Shown piece after piece: positions 28,727 to 39,305 of a stretch of 64,000 nt of DNA. The translations under genes were made by a program, and so were the position numbers. The stretch covers positions 4,886-68,885 of the forward strand of contig JBAQLR010000108.1 in NCBI GenBank assembly GCA_049302035.1, given 5' to 3'. How positions within the stretch are numbered: the first letter of the stretch is position 1; every line of letters starts with the position of its first letter. Origin of the DNA: Syntrophales bacterium. Lineage in GTDB: Bacteria > Desulfobacterota > Syntrophia > Syntrophales > JACQWR01. The notes under the pieces were generated by a model. The model did not search any database. It had not been told where the DNA came from and worked only from the letters and a program-made list of their open reading frames with translations.

Positions 28727-30060
28727 GAGAAGTTGACACGATCATCACGGGGGGCGTCATCCTTACCCTGGACAGGCATAATCTCCGCATTGAAGACGGG
28801 GCGCTGGCTGTTGACGGTGACAGTATCGTAAAAACCGGATCTGCCGCTGATATCGATAAGCAATTCGTCGCCCGTCAAATCATCGAGGCCAATGATTGCC
28901 TGGTGATGCCCGGCTTGATAAATGGCCATACCCATGCCGCAATGTCCTGTTTTCGCGGCATGGCCGACGATCTGGAGCTTATGGACTGGCTCGGCGACTA
29001 CATCTTTCCCGCCGAGTCAAGAAATGTTGATCCGGAACTCGTATATTGGGGAAGCCTGCTGGCCAACGCGGAGATGATTAAATCCGGCACAACGACCTTC
29101 TGCGACATGTATCTCTTCGAGGAAGAAACAGCTCAAGCGGCCAAGCAAGCCGGCGTGCGCTGTCTGTTAGGAGAAGGATTATTCGATTTCCCTTCCCCGA
29201 ATGCTCAGACCCCGGCTGAGGCGCTGGCCTATGCGCGTAAGTTACTCGATAAATGGGATGGTGATCCGCTCATAAATTTTTTCATCGCACCGCACTCCCT
29301 CTATACCTGTTCACCAAATGTGCTTGCCGCAGCGAAGCAATTGGCCGACGAGTACCAAATCATTTATGGCCTCCACCTTTTGGAAAACGAGGCGGAACGC
29401 AGCCAATTGCAGCACAAATATGGCAAAAAAGCGTTGCATTTCCTGAAAGATACTGGGTATCTGACAGAGCGCTTTCTCTCCTTCCACTGTGTCTGCGTGG
29501 ACGATGAAGATATGCGGCTGCTCGCGGACCACGGCTGCCGGGTGGTGCATAATCCGGAAAGCAACATGAAACTGGCCTCCGGCATCGCGCCCGTAACTGC
29601 CATGATGAGGACCGGTGTTGCTGTGGGGCTCGGCACCGATGGTTGCGCAAGCAACAACAATCTCGATATGTTTCAGGAAATGGATACCGCCGCCAAACTC
29701 CAGAAAGTAAGCAGCCTTGATCCCACCGTCATGGATGCCCGGACGGTAGTCCGTATGGCCGCCTGCGATGGCGCCCAGGTTCTGGGGCTGGGTAACATAA
29801 CCGGTTCACTTGAAGCCGACAAAAAAGCTGATATCATCATCATTGATTTGAACAAGCCCCATCTCACCCCCCTTTATAACGAATACTCGCATATCGTCTA
29901 TGCCGTTGGCGGCGCCGATGTGGATACAGTGCTCATAAACGGCAAAGTGGTGATGCGAAAGAGAGAGCTGCTGACTATCGATGAGGGCGCCGTTATCGCC
30001 AAAGTGAAAGACATCGCCAGACGCATTAAATTCAGTTTACAGGCAAATGGAACGAAATAA
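28723..30060 (+). CDS. amidohydrolase, MTA/SAH (aminofutalosine)-deaminase family
   Basis: 'PGLINGHTHAAM', 'HLLENEAE' and 'GLGTDGCASNNNLDMF' are motifs of the MtaD/guanine-deaminase-like subgroup. Confidence 0.8.
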   Translation: MREVDTIITGGVILTLDRHNLRIEDGALAVDGDSIVKTGSAADIDKQFVARQIIEANDCLVMPGLINGHTHAAMSCFRGMADDLELMDWLGDYIFPAESRNVDPELVYWGSLLANAEMIKSGTTTFCDMYLFEEETAQAAKQAGVRCLLGEGLFDFPSPNAQTPAEALAYARKLLDKWDGDPLINFFIAPHSLYTCSPNVLAAAKQLADEYQIIYGLHLLENEAERSQLQHKYGKKALHFLKDTGYLTERFLSFHCVCVDDEDMRLLADHGCRVVHNPESNMKLASGIAPVTAMMRTGVAVGLGTDGCASNNNLDMFQEMDTAAKLQKVSSLDPTVMDARTVVRMAACDGAQVLGLGNITGSLEADKKADIIIIDLNKPHLTPLYNEYSHIVYAVGGADVDTVLINGKVVMRKRELLTIDEGAVIAKVKDIARRIKFSLQANGTK

Positions 30061-31520
30061 TGTATAGATCACTCTCCATTGGCATTCTATTGCTGTCTTT
30101 TGCTGCTGCGCCCCTGGGGGCCGCGCCGCAGGAAATTACCTTGTACCGACAAGCCGCCCGCGTTACAGAATTGACGAAAGTACGCTTCCAGCCAGCGGGA
30201 AAACAACTTCAACATTGCCTTATCATCATTTCCGGGCAGGCTGATCCGGCTTCCTTCCAGGCCATCCCCCTGGGTAATGATCTTGTGAAAATTGAAGATA
30301 TCGCCTGGCGCCGGTTGCCCAAAGAGGACGACGCTGACCTCAAGGCCCGCCGCCGCACGACCAATCAACTTAAAGAAACCAAAAATGGCCTTTTAGCGGA
30401 ACTTGAAGGAATTGAAAGCCAGTTGCAGTTCTGGCAGCAGCAAACAAAAGCCAAGGCGAAGACGCCTGCCGAGGCAGCGCTGATAGCCACCAACATCGGC
30501 CGCAACACGAAGAAGGCCTTTCTGCAAAAGCTGAGTATATCTGAGGAAATAACCATTTTAAACAGGAGAATCAAACAGCTTGAGGAAGAAGTAAACGCCT
30601 CCGACAGCGCCGCCCAAGCTCTCTGGGAAGGAACAATAACCGTTTCCGGAACCGCGGCGCCGCTGGAAGTTCTGCTTTCTTACAGCTATACTTTATCCGG
30701 CTGCGGCTGGCGCCCCGTCTATCGGCTTGACGCCGTCATCCCGGAAAATAAAATCAAGTTTAACTGGGAAGCGGAAGTGTGGCAAAACTCGGGCGTTATA
30801 TGGCAGGATGTTGACCTGCGGCTGACCGCGACACCCCTACCTTCCGTTTCTCCTTCTATGTCCCTTACCCCGCCCTCCCCGTTCGTTGATCCCGATACCG
30901 CCACACACCCGAAAAGAAGCAAATCCCCAGGAAAGAAAAAGCCGCTGCCGTCTTTGGCAACTGGAAAAAGCAATGACGCAGGGGCGCCTTCGCCGTCGGC
31001 TTTATCCGGAGGTTTTCCCCTGCAGCAAGTGGTAAAAACGACCCTCCCTTCGGGGTTACGAAAAAAAATCATCTTGCAGGAAGAAAACTGGCCAGCCGCT
31101 TTCGACTACCTGGCACGTCCCGATAATGATTCCCCAGTCTATCTGCAAGCCCAAGTCCGTTTATCTGTGACCAGGGAAATTCCGCGCGGAGAGGCCGTCT
31201 TTTTCCGTAATGGCAGTTTTTTGCACAGGGGGGAGTTTGTCTTCTCGGGGCAGCAGGAAAGTATCATTATCGGTCAAGATCCCCTGGTGTCCCTTGTCCG
31301 CTCTTCATCCCCCGAAAAAAACGAAAGGCTGTGGCGCTGGGAGGCGCAAAATAATCAACCCTTCCCTATTAAAATGCGCATCGAAACATCGATTTACGCG
31401 GCTGCCGGTAACGTGTCCCAACCGGCGCCTGCGCCTGTTGAGGAAAAACCTGGTTTGTGGGTCTGGACACTTGGTTTGCAAGCCGGAGAGAAGAAGATCA
31501 TACTGGACCATTATCACTAA
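30060..31520 (+). CDS. DUF4139 (MuiA-like) secreted protein
   Basis: Signal peptide, central coiled-coil and a 'LSYSYTLSGCGWRPVYRLDA' pattern typical of DUF4139. There is a Pro/Ser-rich linker. Confidence 0.5.
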   Translation: MYRSLSIGILLLSFAAAPLGAAPQEITLYRQAARVTELTKVRFQPAGKQLQHCLIIISGQADPASFQAIPLGNDLVKIEDIAWRRLPKEDDADLKARRRTTNQLKETKNGLLAELEGIESQLQFWQQQTKAKAKTPAEAALIATNIGRNTKKAFLQKLSISEEITILNRRIKQLEEEVNASDSAAQALWEGTITVSGTAAPLEVLLSYSYTLSGCGWRPVYRLDAVIPENKIKFNWEAEVWQNSGVIWQDVDLRLTATPLPSVSPSMSLTPPSPFVDPDTATHPKRSKSPGKKKPLPSLATGKSNDAGAPSPSALSGGFPLQQVVKTTLPSGLRKKIILQEENWPAAFDYLARPDNDSPVYLQAQVRLSVTREIPRGEAVFFRNGSFLHRGEFVFSGQQESIIIGQDPLVSLVRSSSPEKNERLWRWEAQNNQPFPIKMRIETSIYAAAGNVSQPAPAPVEEKPGLWVWTLGLQAGEKKIILDHYH

Positions 31521-31653
31521 ACCTGTCGAAAAATAGATTGATATTCTGCCGAATCTTTTTTAGATTATCCGATCCCCCTGGGAAATTTCCTCTGCTGCCC
31601 CGGTCGGCGGCAATACGAAAGGAGAAGGATAAAATCCTCCTTACCTTCAAATC

Positions 31654-33486
31654 ATGACGATAAATTACGAAAATCTAACGGAATTTGTCCAGGCCCTGGA
31701 GGCGGAAAATGAGCTGATCCGCATTCATGCCCCCGTTTCCTCTCATCTGGAAATTACCGAGATTACGGACCGGGTTTCCAAAAGCAGGGGTGGGGGCAAA
31801 GCCCTGCTGTTCGAGAAAGTCGAAGGATCGCCCTTCCCCCTTTTGATAAATGCCTTTGGCAGCCCCCGACGCATCGCGCTTGCCTTGGGAACGCCTGATC
31901 TGGAAGATTTGAGGAAGCGGCTGCAAGACATTCTGACGCCCAACGTACCGAAAAATCTCCGGGACAAACTGGCTCTTTTGCGGCGGGCTTTCAGCATAGC
32001 CCGTTTTTTTCCCAAAGTCGTCTTTATGAACCCTGCCCCCTGCCAGGAGGTCATCCGGCGCGGTGATGATATTGACCTGGGGGAATTTCCCATTCTTAAA
32101 TGCTGGCCTGATGACGGCGGCCCCTTCATTACCTTGCCGGTGGTCTTCACCAAAAGCCTGGTTTCCGGTAAAAGAAACGCCGGGATGTATCGCATGCAGG
32201 TATTCGATCGGAACACGACGGGCATGCACTGGCATGTGCATAAGGATGGCGCACACTTTTTCCGGGAATACGAACGTGCCGGCAAAAGGATGGAAGTGGC
32301 CGTGGCCATCGGCACCGACCCGGCGATTACATACGCTGCCACGGCGCCTCTGCCGCCGGGCATAGATGAACTCCTCCTGGCCGGTTTCATCCGCCAAAAG
32401 CCCGTCAAATTGACAAGGGCGATAACGGTAGATATGGAAATCCCCGCCGAGGCGGAAATCATCCTTGAAGGTTATGTGGATCCGGCGGAAAGGCGCCTCG
32501 AGGGACCTTTCGGCGATCATACCGGTTATTACTCGCTTGCCGACGATTATCCCGTCTTTCATGTAACTGCGATCACTCATCGTAAGCGACCCCTCTACAG
32601 CGCCTCCATCGTCGGACGGCCGCCGATGGAGGACTGCTATCTGGCCTTGGCCACGGAACGCATCTTTCTGCCGCTCATCCGCACCATCCAACCGGAGATT
32701 GCCGACTACTGGCTCCCCTGGGAGGGAGTTTTTCATAATATTGTGGTGGTGTCCATAAAGAAGGAATACCCCGGACAGGCCCGCAAAGTAATGCAGGGGC
32801 TCTGGGGATCCGGCCAGATGAGCTTCTGCAAGACGATTGTGGTTGTCGATGCAGACAGCCCGCTTGGCCAGGGCGCAGCGCTCATTAAGTCAATCCTTTC
32901 TCAGATAGATTTGACCAGTGATATTTTCCTCACTGATGGCATTTTAGATGCTTTGGACCATGCGGCGCCTGGCGCCTTTTTTGGCGGTAAACTGGGCATT
33001 GACGCCACTGCACGCCTCGGCGGCGAACCTCCCCGTCGCCAGTCTGTCCCATCATTAAGTGGGAACAATCCAACGCTACCAGTAAATATAGTTAAAGCAC
33101 TGGATAGCAACATTGCAGATTGCCGTGTGCTGTTCGATGATACCCCCCTGCCCTTGCTTATGGTGAAGGTGAGTAAGACTGAACAAAAGCGCGGTATTTA
33201 TTTTCGCGACCTTTTGCTTGACGCCGAAGCGCTCTCTTTGGGAATTATCTTTTTTTATGACGCTGAAATTGATCTGGAGGATTTATCCCTCCTTGCCTGG
33301 AAGGCCTTCAACAACGTCGATCCGCAGCGTGATATCACCATCAGAAAAAATGTTGCCCTGGTGGATGCAACAAAAAAAACGGAGCTCGACGGTCACTTCC
33401 GTCCCTGGCCGGACGATCTGGTTAATACTCACGAGATTGTAGAACGCGTCAACGCCCGCTGGCAAGAATACGGCATCCCCCTTTAA
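31654..33486 (+). CDS. UbiD-family (prenyl-FMN-dependent) decarboxylase, menaquinone-biosynthesis type
   Basis: 'NAGMYRMQV', 'HWHVHKDGA' and 'GPFGDHTGYY' are UbiD signatures. At 610 aa it carries a C-terminal extension. Confidence 0.85.
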   Translation: MTINYENLTEFVQALEAENELIRIHAPVSSHLEITEITDRVSKSRGGGKALLFEKVEGSPFPLLINAFGSPRRIALALGTPDLEDLRKRLQDILTPNVPKNLRDKLALLRRAFSIARFFPKVVFMNPAPCQEVIRRGDDIDLGEFPILKCWPDDGGPFITLPVVFTKSLVSGKRNAGMYRMQVFDRNTTGMHWHVHKDGAHFFREYERAGKRMEVAVAIGTDPAITYAATAPLPPGIDELLLAGFIRQKPVKLTRAITVDMEIPAEAEIILEGYVDPAERRLEGPFGDHTGYYSLADDYPVFHVTAITHRKRPLYSASIVGRPPMEDCYLALATERIFLPLIRTIQPEIADYWLPWEGVFHNIVVVSIKKEYPGQARKVMQGLWGSGQMSFCKTIVVVDADSPLGQGAALIKSILSQIDLTSDIFLTDGILDALDHAAPGAFFGGKLGIDATARLGGEPPRRQSVPSLSGNNPTLPVNIVKALDSNIADCRVLFDDTPLPLLMVKVSKTEQKRGIYFRDLLLDAEALSLGIIFFYDAEIDLEDLSLLAWKAFNNVDPQRDITIRKNVALVDATKKTELDGHFRPWPDDLVNTHEIVERVNARWQEYGIPL

Positions 33487-33496
33487 AGACTGGCAT

Positions 33497-34888
33497 ATGG
33501 AAATTTTCGCACAGCAGAATAATTTGTCGCCCTACCGCCCCCTCGCCGACCGTATGAGACCGGAAACTTTGGCTGATTATGTGGGGCAGAGGCATCTTTT
33601 GGAACCGGGCTGCCTGCTGCATGGCTTAATTGCCGAAGGCAGCCTTATTTCCCTGATTTTCTGGGGGCCGCCCGGTTCCGGGAAAACTACCTTAGCCGCT
33701 CTGCTCGCCAAGGAAATGAAGGCGCATTTCACCAGTTTTTCCGCCGTTCTTTCCGGTGTCAAGGAAATCCGGGCGGTTGTGGAAGAAGCAAAAATTCTTC
33801 GGCAACAGCGCCAAAAAAATACTATTCTCTTCGTAGATGAAATCCATCGCTTCAGTAAATCCCAGCAGGACGCCTTTCTTCCCCATGTGGAAAGCGGCCT
33901 GATCACGTTGATCGGCGCCACCACGGAAAACCCCTCCTTTGAGGTCATCGCCCCCCTCTTGTCCCGAATGCGCGTCGTCTTGCTGAAACCTTTTTCCACA
34001 GCGGAAACAGCCACCATCATCCAAAATGCCTTGACGGATAAGGACCGGGGACTGGGTATGATGGCGCTTTCCCTGGAAGATGCGGCCCTCAGCCATCTCA
34101 TTTGGGCCGCAGGCGGAGATGCCCGCACCGCCCTCAACAGTCTGGAGGCGGCCGCATCGCTCCTTGGCTCGCAAGACAAGGCAAAGCGAATAATTACCCT
34201 GGCGGTCGTGGAGGAGGCAATTCAAAAAAAGGCACTGCTCTATGACAAAACGGGCGAAGAGCACTATAACATCATCTCCGCTTTTCATAAAAGCATGCGG
34301 GGCAGTGACCCGGATGCTTCTCTCTACTGGCTGGAACGCATGCTGATGGCCGGCGAAGATCCTCTGTACATCATCCGCCGCATGGTCAGATTTGCCTCGG
34401 AAGATGTGGGGAACGCCGATCCCCGGGCACTATCCATCGCCCTTGCGGCCCTGCAGGCTTTTCAATTTCTCGGCAGCCCGGAGGGCGAGTTGGCAATAGT
34501 CCAAGCGGCGCTTTATCTCGCCACGGCGCCCAAAAGCAACGCCCTCTATGCCGCGGAAGGCCGGATCAAAGAAACCATTCGGAAAACCGGCGCCCTGCCG
34601 GTCCCGTTGCACATCAGGAATGCTCCCACCCGCTTAATGCGCGAGCTCGACTATGGACGTGGCTATCAATACGCCCACGACTTTGCCGACGCCTACGTAC
34701 CGCAGGAATATCTGCCTGACGACTTAACCAGGAATAAATATTATCATCCCACCGAGCGAGGATATGAAAAAACTATCAAAGAACGAATGCTGTATTGGGA
34801 AAAGATAAGGACCACAAATAAAGGTAAGATTAAAAAGGAGGAGCCGGAAGGCCATGGTGGCCTCCCGGCTCGAGGAAGAGAAGAGTGA
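33497..34888 (+). CDS. rarA: replication-associated recombination protein A (AAA+)
   Basis: 'LADRMRPETLADYVGQ', 'GPPGSGKTT', 'LFVDEIHRF' and 'YDKTGEEHYNIISAFHKSMRGSDPDA'. Confidence 0.9.
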   Translation: MEIFAQQNNLSPYRPLADRMRPETLADYVGQRHLLEPGCLLHGLIAEGSLISLIFWGPPGSGKTTLAALLAKEMKAHFTSFSAVLSGVKEIRAVVEEAKILRQQRQKNTILFVDEIHRFSKSQQDAFLPHVESGLITLIGATTENPSFEVIAPLLSRMRVVLLKPFSTAETATIIQNALTDKDRGLGMMALSLEDAALSHLIWAAGGDARTALNSLEAAASLLGSQDKAKRIITLAVVEEAIQKKALLYDKTGEEHYNIISAFHKSMRGSDPDASLYWLERMLMAGEDPLYIIRRMVRFASEDVGNADPRALSIALAALQAFQFLGSPEGELAIVQAALYLATAPKSNALYAAEGRIKETIRKTGALPVPLHIRNAPTRLMRELDYGRGYQYAHDFADAYVPQEYLPDDLTRNKYYHPTERGYEKTIKERMLYWEKIRTTNKGKIKKEEPEGHGGLPARGREE

Positions 34889-35294
34889 AGGGTTGCACCC
34901 TCTCGTTTGGGCGTTGGCTATTGTCTAGCCGGAGGAAAACTGTTTACCGCCTTGTCCATTGTTCTGCATATTATATGCCAAGCTTCCAATAATAAGCGGA
35001 CAAGACCCCACTTTACCTCTTTTCTTCATCGGCGCACGGCCAAATTTGAGGCTGTTTTATCATTCCCACAGAGGCGGAAATCCAATGATTACCAATTGCT
35101 CTGGACTCAGACTTCCGCGAAAGTGACAGGGGGCAGATAGCCATTCTGAGGTTGTCACGATTTTAGTTTCTAACATTTACAAGATCCCCCAGGGAACCGA
35201 TCTACGGCAAGAAATGTCGCCCGGCGCAGGAAATATTGCAAATTTAACCATATATTTTAAGTACATTAGTTTTTAATCACAAATTACGCTTAGA

Positions 35295-35310
35295 TCGACA
35301 ATATTGTCGA
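35295..35310. promoter_or_regulatory. perfect 16-bp palindrome upstream of the sensor kinase
   Basis: TCGACAATATTGTCGA, ending 15 nt before the ATG at 35326. Confidence 0.3.
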
Positions 35311-35325
35311 AATCAGGTTTGCAAG

Positions 35326-37140
35326 ATGAAAGCTAAAACAACCCTTTGGCGCAGCCAAATCGCCTACGACAAGCGACTCGACCTGCCACCCCTGGCCATT
35401 GGAGCAGCCTGTGCCCTATTCATCAGTATGTTCATTATCATGGGACTACTCTATCTCCAGAGGATAGAACGAAGTCTCGTTACTTTACTGGAAAACCAGG
35501 GCCGGGCAATCACTGAGGTACTCCAGAGACTCAGTCAGGAAAACCTTAACTTGCTCGTTCAGGCAGGGCAGCAGCAGCCGGAAAGACCCTACTCACTGCC
35601 GCAGGAACAGCCCCTGTACCCCAAATCATGGCTAACCAGTGCGCTGGCGGAGTTGGGACAGGAAGTTGACAAAAAGTGGTTGGTAGCTAATCTGAATGAG
35701 GAGGCCATCAAGAAATTTGCCCAAGATAAAGGGCTGTGGCTGGTGGCTTTGATGGACAAGCATGGCAAGGTAGTTTTTCAGAATCGCCGCCTGCCAGCCG
35801 CTTACCTCTTCGCAGGGGAAAATGAGAGCCAATCGCCGCTTACCATTGAGCGGCTCTTACGGTTGGCGCAATTAAAAAAGATCGGCTATATTGCCCTCCA
35901 GCGCAAGGACGGCAGCGGCACGGTGATCATCGCTTTGGACAGAGGGGGCCTATTGTACTGGGGCCTTAAAGTCTCCGTAGAAAAGGCAATCGAAAAACTG
36001 GGGGAAGGTCAAAGACAAGGCCTTGTTTACATAACTATTACCAACGTGCAAGGCATGCCCCTGGGTTATTCCGGTTATGTGCCCGAACGTTGGCACGTGA
36101 CAGAGATGCCCTTTATCGAGTTGTTGCGGGGTTCCGTGAAGCTGGCCAGCCGCTCGGTACGCTATCTCAACAGGAATGTCATAGATATGGCCATCCCCTT
36201 TTATATCAACGGAAAAATCGTCGGCATTGTCCGTATCGGTATGGATAAAGAAAGCACCGACCGCATATTGAGGGATAATAAGCGGCAGCTCCTGTCTTTT
36301 CTGATCTTTGTCATGCTCATCACCATTTTTTCCATGTGGACGTTATATCACAATCACAATCGACATATGGCTCGGATTGTAGAGATTGAGAGAAGTTTGG
36401 AAAAGGCGGAAAGATTATCCTCTTTAGGCCAACTGGCGGCAGGTGTCGCCCATGAAATCAGGAATCCGTTAAACGCCATCAGCATGGCCAGCCAACGGCT
36501 TAAACGCGACTTTTCCCCCGCAGCTGAAGAATACAACCGCGAATTTCAGATGCTCTGCGGTGTTATTCGCGATGAGATACGGCGCCTCAACGGCATCGTT
36601 GAGGAGTTTCTCTCCTTTTCGAAAAGCAGACGCCGCCTGGAACTGCATAATTATCCAGTAACGGAAGTACTGCAAAAGATCGTCAATCTCACCCAGGAAG
36701 AGGCCCGTTCAAAAGAAATTTCAATAAGAACCAGGGGTTTTGCCAACCAGCAAACTCTCCCTATGGATATGGACAAGCTCCAGCAGGCTCTGCTCAATTT
36801 TGTCAAGAATGCCATGGAATCCATCAAGGGAGCCGGCGAGATCGAGATTACCATGCACCAGCGGGATAGGGACTTTATCTCGATTACCGTCTCGGACACC
36901 GGCTGCGGCATGACGGCAGCGGAAATAGAGCGGATATTCAACCCCGAGTACACAACCAAGGAGAAGGGAGTGGGGCTTGGTTTAGCCCTGGCGCATGAGA
37001 TTATCCGGGGACATGGCGGGGAAATACGCATATCCAGCACTCCCAACGTCGGGAGTGATTTTGAGATAAGGCTGCCAATTAAGAAGAGATCGGCAGAGGG
37101 CGCCGTCCGTAGCGTTGCCAAAACCGGGGAGGTTTCCTGA
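35326..37140 (+). CDS. sensor histidine kinase (periplasmic sensor + HisKA + HATPase_c)
   Basis: Two TM helices. H-box 'AAGVAHEIRNPLN', N-box 'LLNFVKNAME', G-boxes 'DTGCGM' and 'GVGLGLA'. Confidence 0.85.
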   Translation: MKAKTTLWRSQIAYDKRLDLPPLAIGAACALFISMFIIMGLLYLQRIERSLVTLLENQGRAITEVLQRLSQENLNLLVQAGQQQPERPYSLPQEQPLYPKSWLTSALAELGQEVDKKWLVANLNEEAIKKFAQDKGLWLVALMDKHGKVVFQNRRLPAAYLFAGENESQSPLTIERLLRLAQLKKIGYIALQRKDGSGTVIIALDRGGLLYWGLKVSVEKAIEKLGEGQRQGLVYITITNVQGMPLGYSGYVPERWHVTEMPFIELLRGSVKLASRSVRYLNRNVIDMAIPFYINGKIVGIVRIGMDKESTDRILRDNKRQLLSFLIFVMLITIFSMWTLYHNHNRHMARIVEIERSLEKAERLSSLGQLAAGVAHEIRNPLNAISMASQRLKRDFSPAAEEYNREFQMLCGVIRDEIRRLNGIVEEFLSFSKSRRRLELHNYPVTEVLQKIVNLTQEEARSKEISIRTRGFANQQTLPMDMDKLQQALLNFVKNAMESIKGAGEIEITMHQRDRDFISITVSDTGCGMTAAEIERIFNPEYTTKEKGVGLGLALAHEIIRGHGGEIRISSTPNVGSDFEIRLPIKKRSAEGAVRSVAKTGEVS

Positions 37141-38504
37141 TGAAGAAATTACAGATCCTGGTAATTGAAGATGGTCAGTCCCAGCGAGAGATGTTGAAGG
37201 ATTTTCTTGCAAGGGAAGGGCACAATTGTCAGGAAGCGGAAAGTGGCGAACTTGGCATCGCAGCAGTGCAGGCCGGACATTTTGATTTGATTCTGCTGGA
37301 TTACAAAATGCCGGGCATGGACGGCATGGCGGTGCTAAAAAGCATTAAAGCCATCAACCCGGAAATTGATGTCGTTATTATCACAGCCTACGGCACCATC
37401 GAAACTGCCGTGGAAGCCATGAAAGCCGGAGCTATCGATTACATCACCAAGCCCATCGAATTTGACGAATTGCTGCTGCTGATTGAGCACGTTGCCGAGC
37501 GCCGCACCTTGATCCGGGAAAATGAACTCATGCGTCGAGAATTGCAGGGAAAAGGCATCACTTCCGATAAAATCATTTATCGCAGCGCCTCTATGAGAGA
37601 GCTCATCAACATGGCCGGGAGGGTTGCCAGCAGTCGCGCCACCGTGCTTCTCCAGGGTGAAAGCGGCACCGGCAAGGAGCTCCTGGCGCGCCTGATCCAT
37701 CAGTCGGGCGGGCGATCGCAAAAGCCTTTTGTGGCGATCAATTGTGGAGCGCTGCCGGAAACACTGCTGGAGAGTGAACTTTTTGGCCATGAAAAAGGGG
37801 CCTTTACCGGTGCGGCGCTGCGGCGTATCGGCAGATTTGAAGAGGCCGACGGAGGCACCCTTTTTCTCGATGAGATCGGCGAAGTCACGCAGGCCGTGCA
37901 GATCAAGCTCCTCCGTTTCCTTCAGGAACGCGAGTTCCAGCGTCTGGGAGGCAATCTCAGCATCACCGCCGATGTGAGAATCATCAGCGCCACAAATCGC
38001 GATCTGGCGACACGGGTAAAGGAGGGGTTTTTTCGCGAAGACCTCTTCTACCGGTTGAACGTGGTGGTCATGTCCCTGCCGCCGCTCCGGAAAAGAAAAG
38101 AAGATATCCCGCTGTTGATTGAGCATTTCCTGCGGAAATATGCTCAGGCGAACAACAAGCGGATGGAAGGACTGACGAGCGAAGCCCAGGATATGCTGTT
38201 GAAATACGATTATCCGGGAAATGTCCGGGAGCTGGAAAACATCCTGGAGAGGGCCGTGGTTATCGCCCGCGATGATTTAATCGCTCTGGAAGACCTTCCC
38301 TTTCGCGATACGGATCTAAGTGAGTATGCGGCCATGAAAACGGAAGGCGGCGTCCTGCGGCAAGCCCTTGATGACCTGGAACGCAAAATGATCACCTCCG
38401 CCATGGCCAAGGCGGACAACCATCAAACCAAAGCTGCCGAAATTCTCGGCCTGAGCGAACGCATGTTAAGATACAAGCTTAAAAAATATGCACTGAAAGA
38501 ATGA
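37140..38504 (+). CDS. sigma-54-dependent response regulator (NtrC/ZraR/AtoC family)
   Basis: Receiver domain '[14 protein letters not shown]', AAA+ 'GESGTGKE', the 'GAFTGA' sigma-54 contact motif and a C-terminal Fis-type HTH. Confidence 0.9.
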   Translation: MKKLQILVIEDGQSQREMLKDFLAREGHNCQEAESGELGIAAVQAGHFDLILLDYKMPGMDGMAVLKSIKAINPEIDVVIITAYGTIETAVEAMKAGAIDYITKPIEFDELLLLIEHVAERRTLIRENELMRRELQGKGITSDKIIYRSASMRELINMAGRVASSRATVLLQGESGTGKELLARLIHQSGGRSQKPFVAINCGALPETLLESELFGHEKGAFTGAALRRIGRFEEADGGTLFLDEIGEVTQAVQIKLLRFLQEREFQRLGGNLSITADVRIISATNRDLATRVKEGFFREDLFYRLNVVVMSLPPLRKRKEDIPLLIEHFLRKYAQANNKRMEGLTSEAQDMLLKYDYPGNVRELENILERAVVIARDDLIALEDLPFRDTDLSEYAAMKTEGGVLRQALDDLERKMITSAMAKADNHQTKAAEILGLSERMLRYKLKKYALKE

Positions 38505-38513
38505 CAGTTCGAC

Positions 38514-39305
38514 TTAAATCGCCTGCTTGATCTCCCTGGCGAAGTCCGCAACCCTGCTCACCAAGTCATCCCGTCCACTGTTCTCTTCAATCATTTGAAC
38601 AAAGGCGCTGCCCACGACAACGGCGTCGGCAAGGGGAGCAAGCTCTGCTGCCTGTGCCGGGGTTGAGATGCCGAAACCGACCGCTACCGGCAGCGTACTG
38701 AAGCGCCTGATTCTTGCCATGTCCCCTTTGACACTACTCACTTCCGGTTTTTTCGTACCCGTGATCCCCATTACGGAAATATAATAGAGGAAGCCCGTGG
38801 CCCGGGAAGCGATTGCACCGATTCTTGCGTTATCCGTCGTCGGCGCAATCAGCGTAATAAAATCGAGGCCGCGGGGATCGGTGAATTTTCGCAGTTCCGG
38901 CGCCTCTTCCGGCGGCAAATCTACCACCAGCAGCCCGTCCAGACCGACCTCCTTCGCCCGGCGGGCAAAAATGGCCGGCACGTAGCTGAAAATGGGATTG
39001 TAATAGCCGAAAAGTACAATGGGTACCGGCGATTTCCTTCTTATCCTCTCGATGAGATCAAGCACTTTATCCAGTGTCACGCCCTCTTGCAGGGCTCGCC
39101 GGGCGGCGGCCTGGATCACCGGTCCGTCGGCGGTGGGATCGGAAAAAGGCACGCCGATCTCCAGGATATCGACACCGGCTGCGGCCAGGGCCAGGCATAT
39201 TTCCCCGGTTTTCTCTAAAGTTGGATCACCGGCAGTAATGTAGGCAATGAGCGCCTTCTCGCCTTTTGCCTTTAACGCGGCGAATTTATCTCCAATGCGG
39301 CTCAT
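38514..39305 (-). CDS. trpA: tryptophan synthase alpha chain
   Basis: '[18 protein letters not shown]' and 'GFGIS' motifs. It is the last gene of the trp operon. Confidence 0.9.
   Translation of the reverse strand: MSRIGDKFAALKAKGEKALIAYITAGDPTLEKTGEICLALAAAGVDILEIGVPFSDPTADGPVIQAAARRALQEGVTLDKVLDLIERIRRKSPVPIVLFGYYNPIFSYVPAIFARRAKEVGLDGLLVVDLPPEEAPELRKFTDPRGLDFITLIAPTTDNARIGAIASRATGFLYYISVMGITGTKKPEVSSVKGDMARIRRFSTLPVAVGFGISTPAQAAELAPLADAVVVGSAFVQMIEENSGRDDLVSRVADFAREIKQAI

Noticed and set aside
31675-32736. Long antisense ORFs opposite well-supported genes. Examples: 31675-32736 and 31743-32462 opposite ubiD; 33577-34288 opposite rarA; 37335-38126 opposite the NtrC-like gene; 40759-41415, 42652-43265 and 44836-45360 opposite trp genes; 49658-50185 and 50725-51288 opposite galE/capD
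   Set aside because: These are shadow ORFs. They are Arg/Gly/Pro-rich with low-complexity composition and no recognisable motifs, and each is fully overlapped by an ORF on the other strand that has clear family signatures.
34889-34906. AGGGTtgcACCCT hairpin after rarA, as a terminator
   Set aside because: The stem is only 5 bp and the downstream T-tract (CTCGTTTGGG) is poor. The evidence is too weak to annotate.
35058-35135. 'TCATTCCCACAGAGGCGGAAATCC ... GACTTCCGCGAAAGTGACAGGGGG', and a similar CCCCGCAAAAGCGGGAATTCAGG hairpin at about 50410-50435, as a further repeat family
   Set aside because: There is only one degenerate copy of each in the window, so I cannot show repetition or mobility from this sequence alone.
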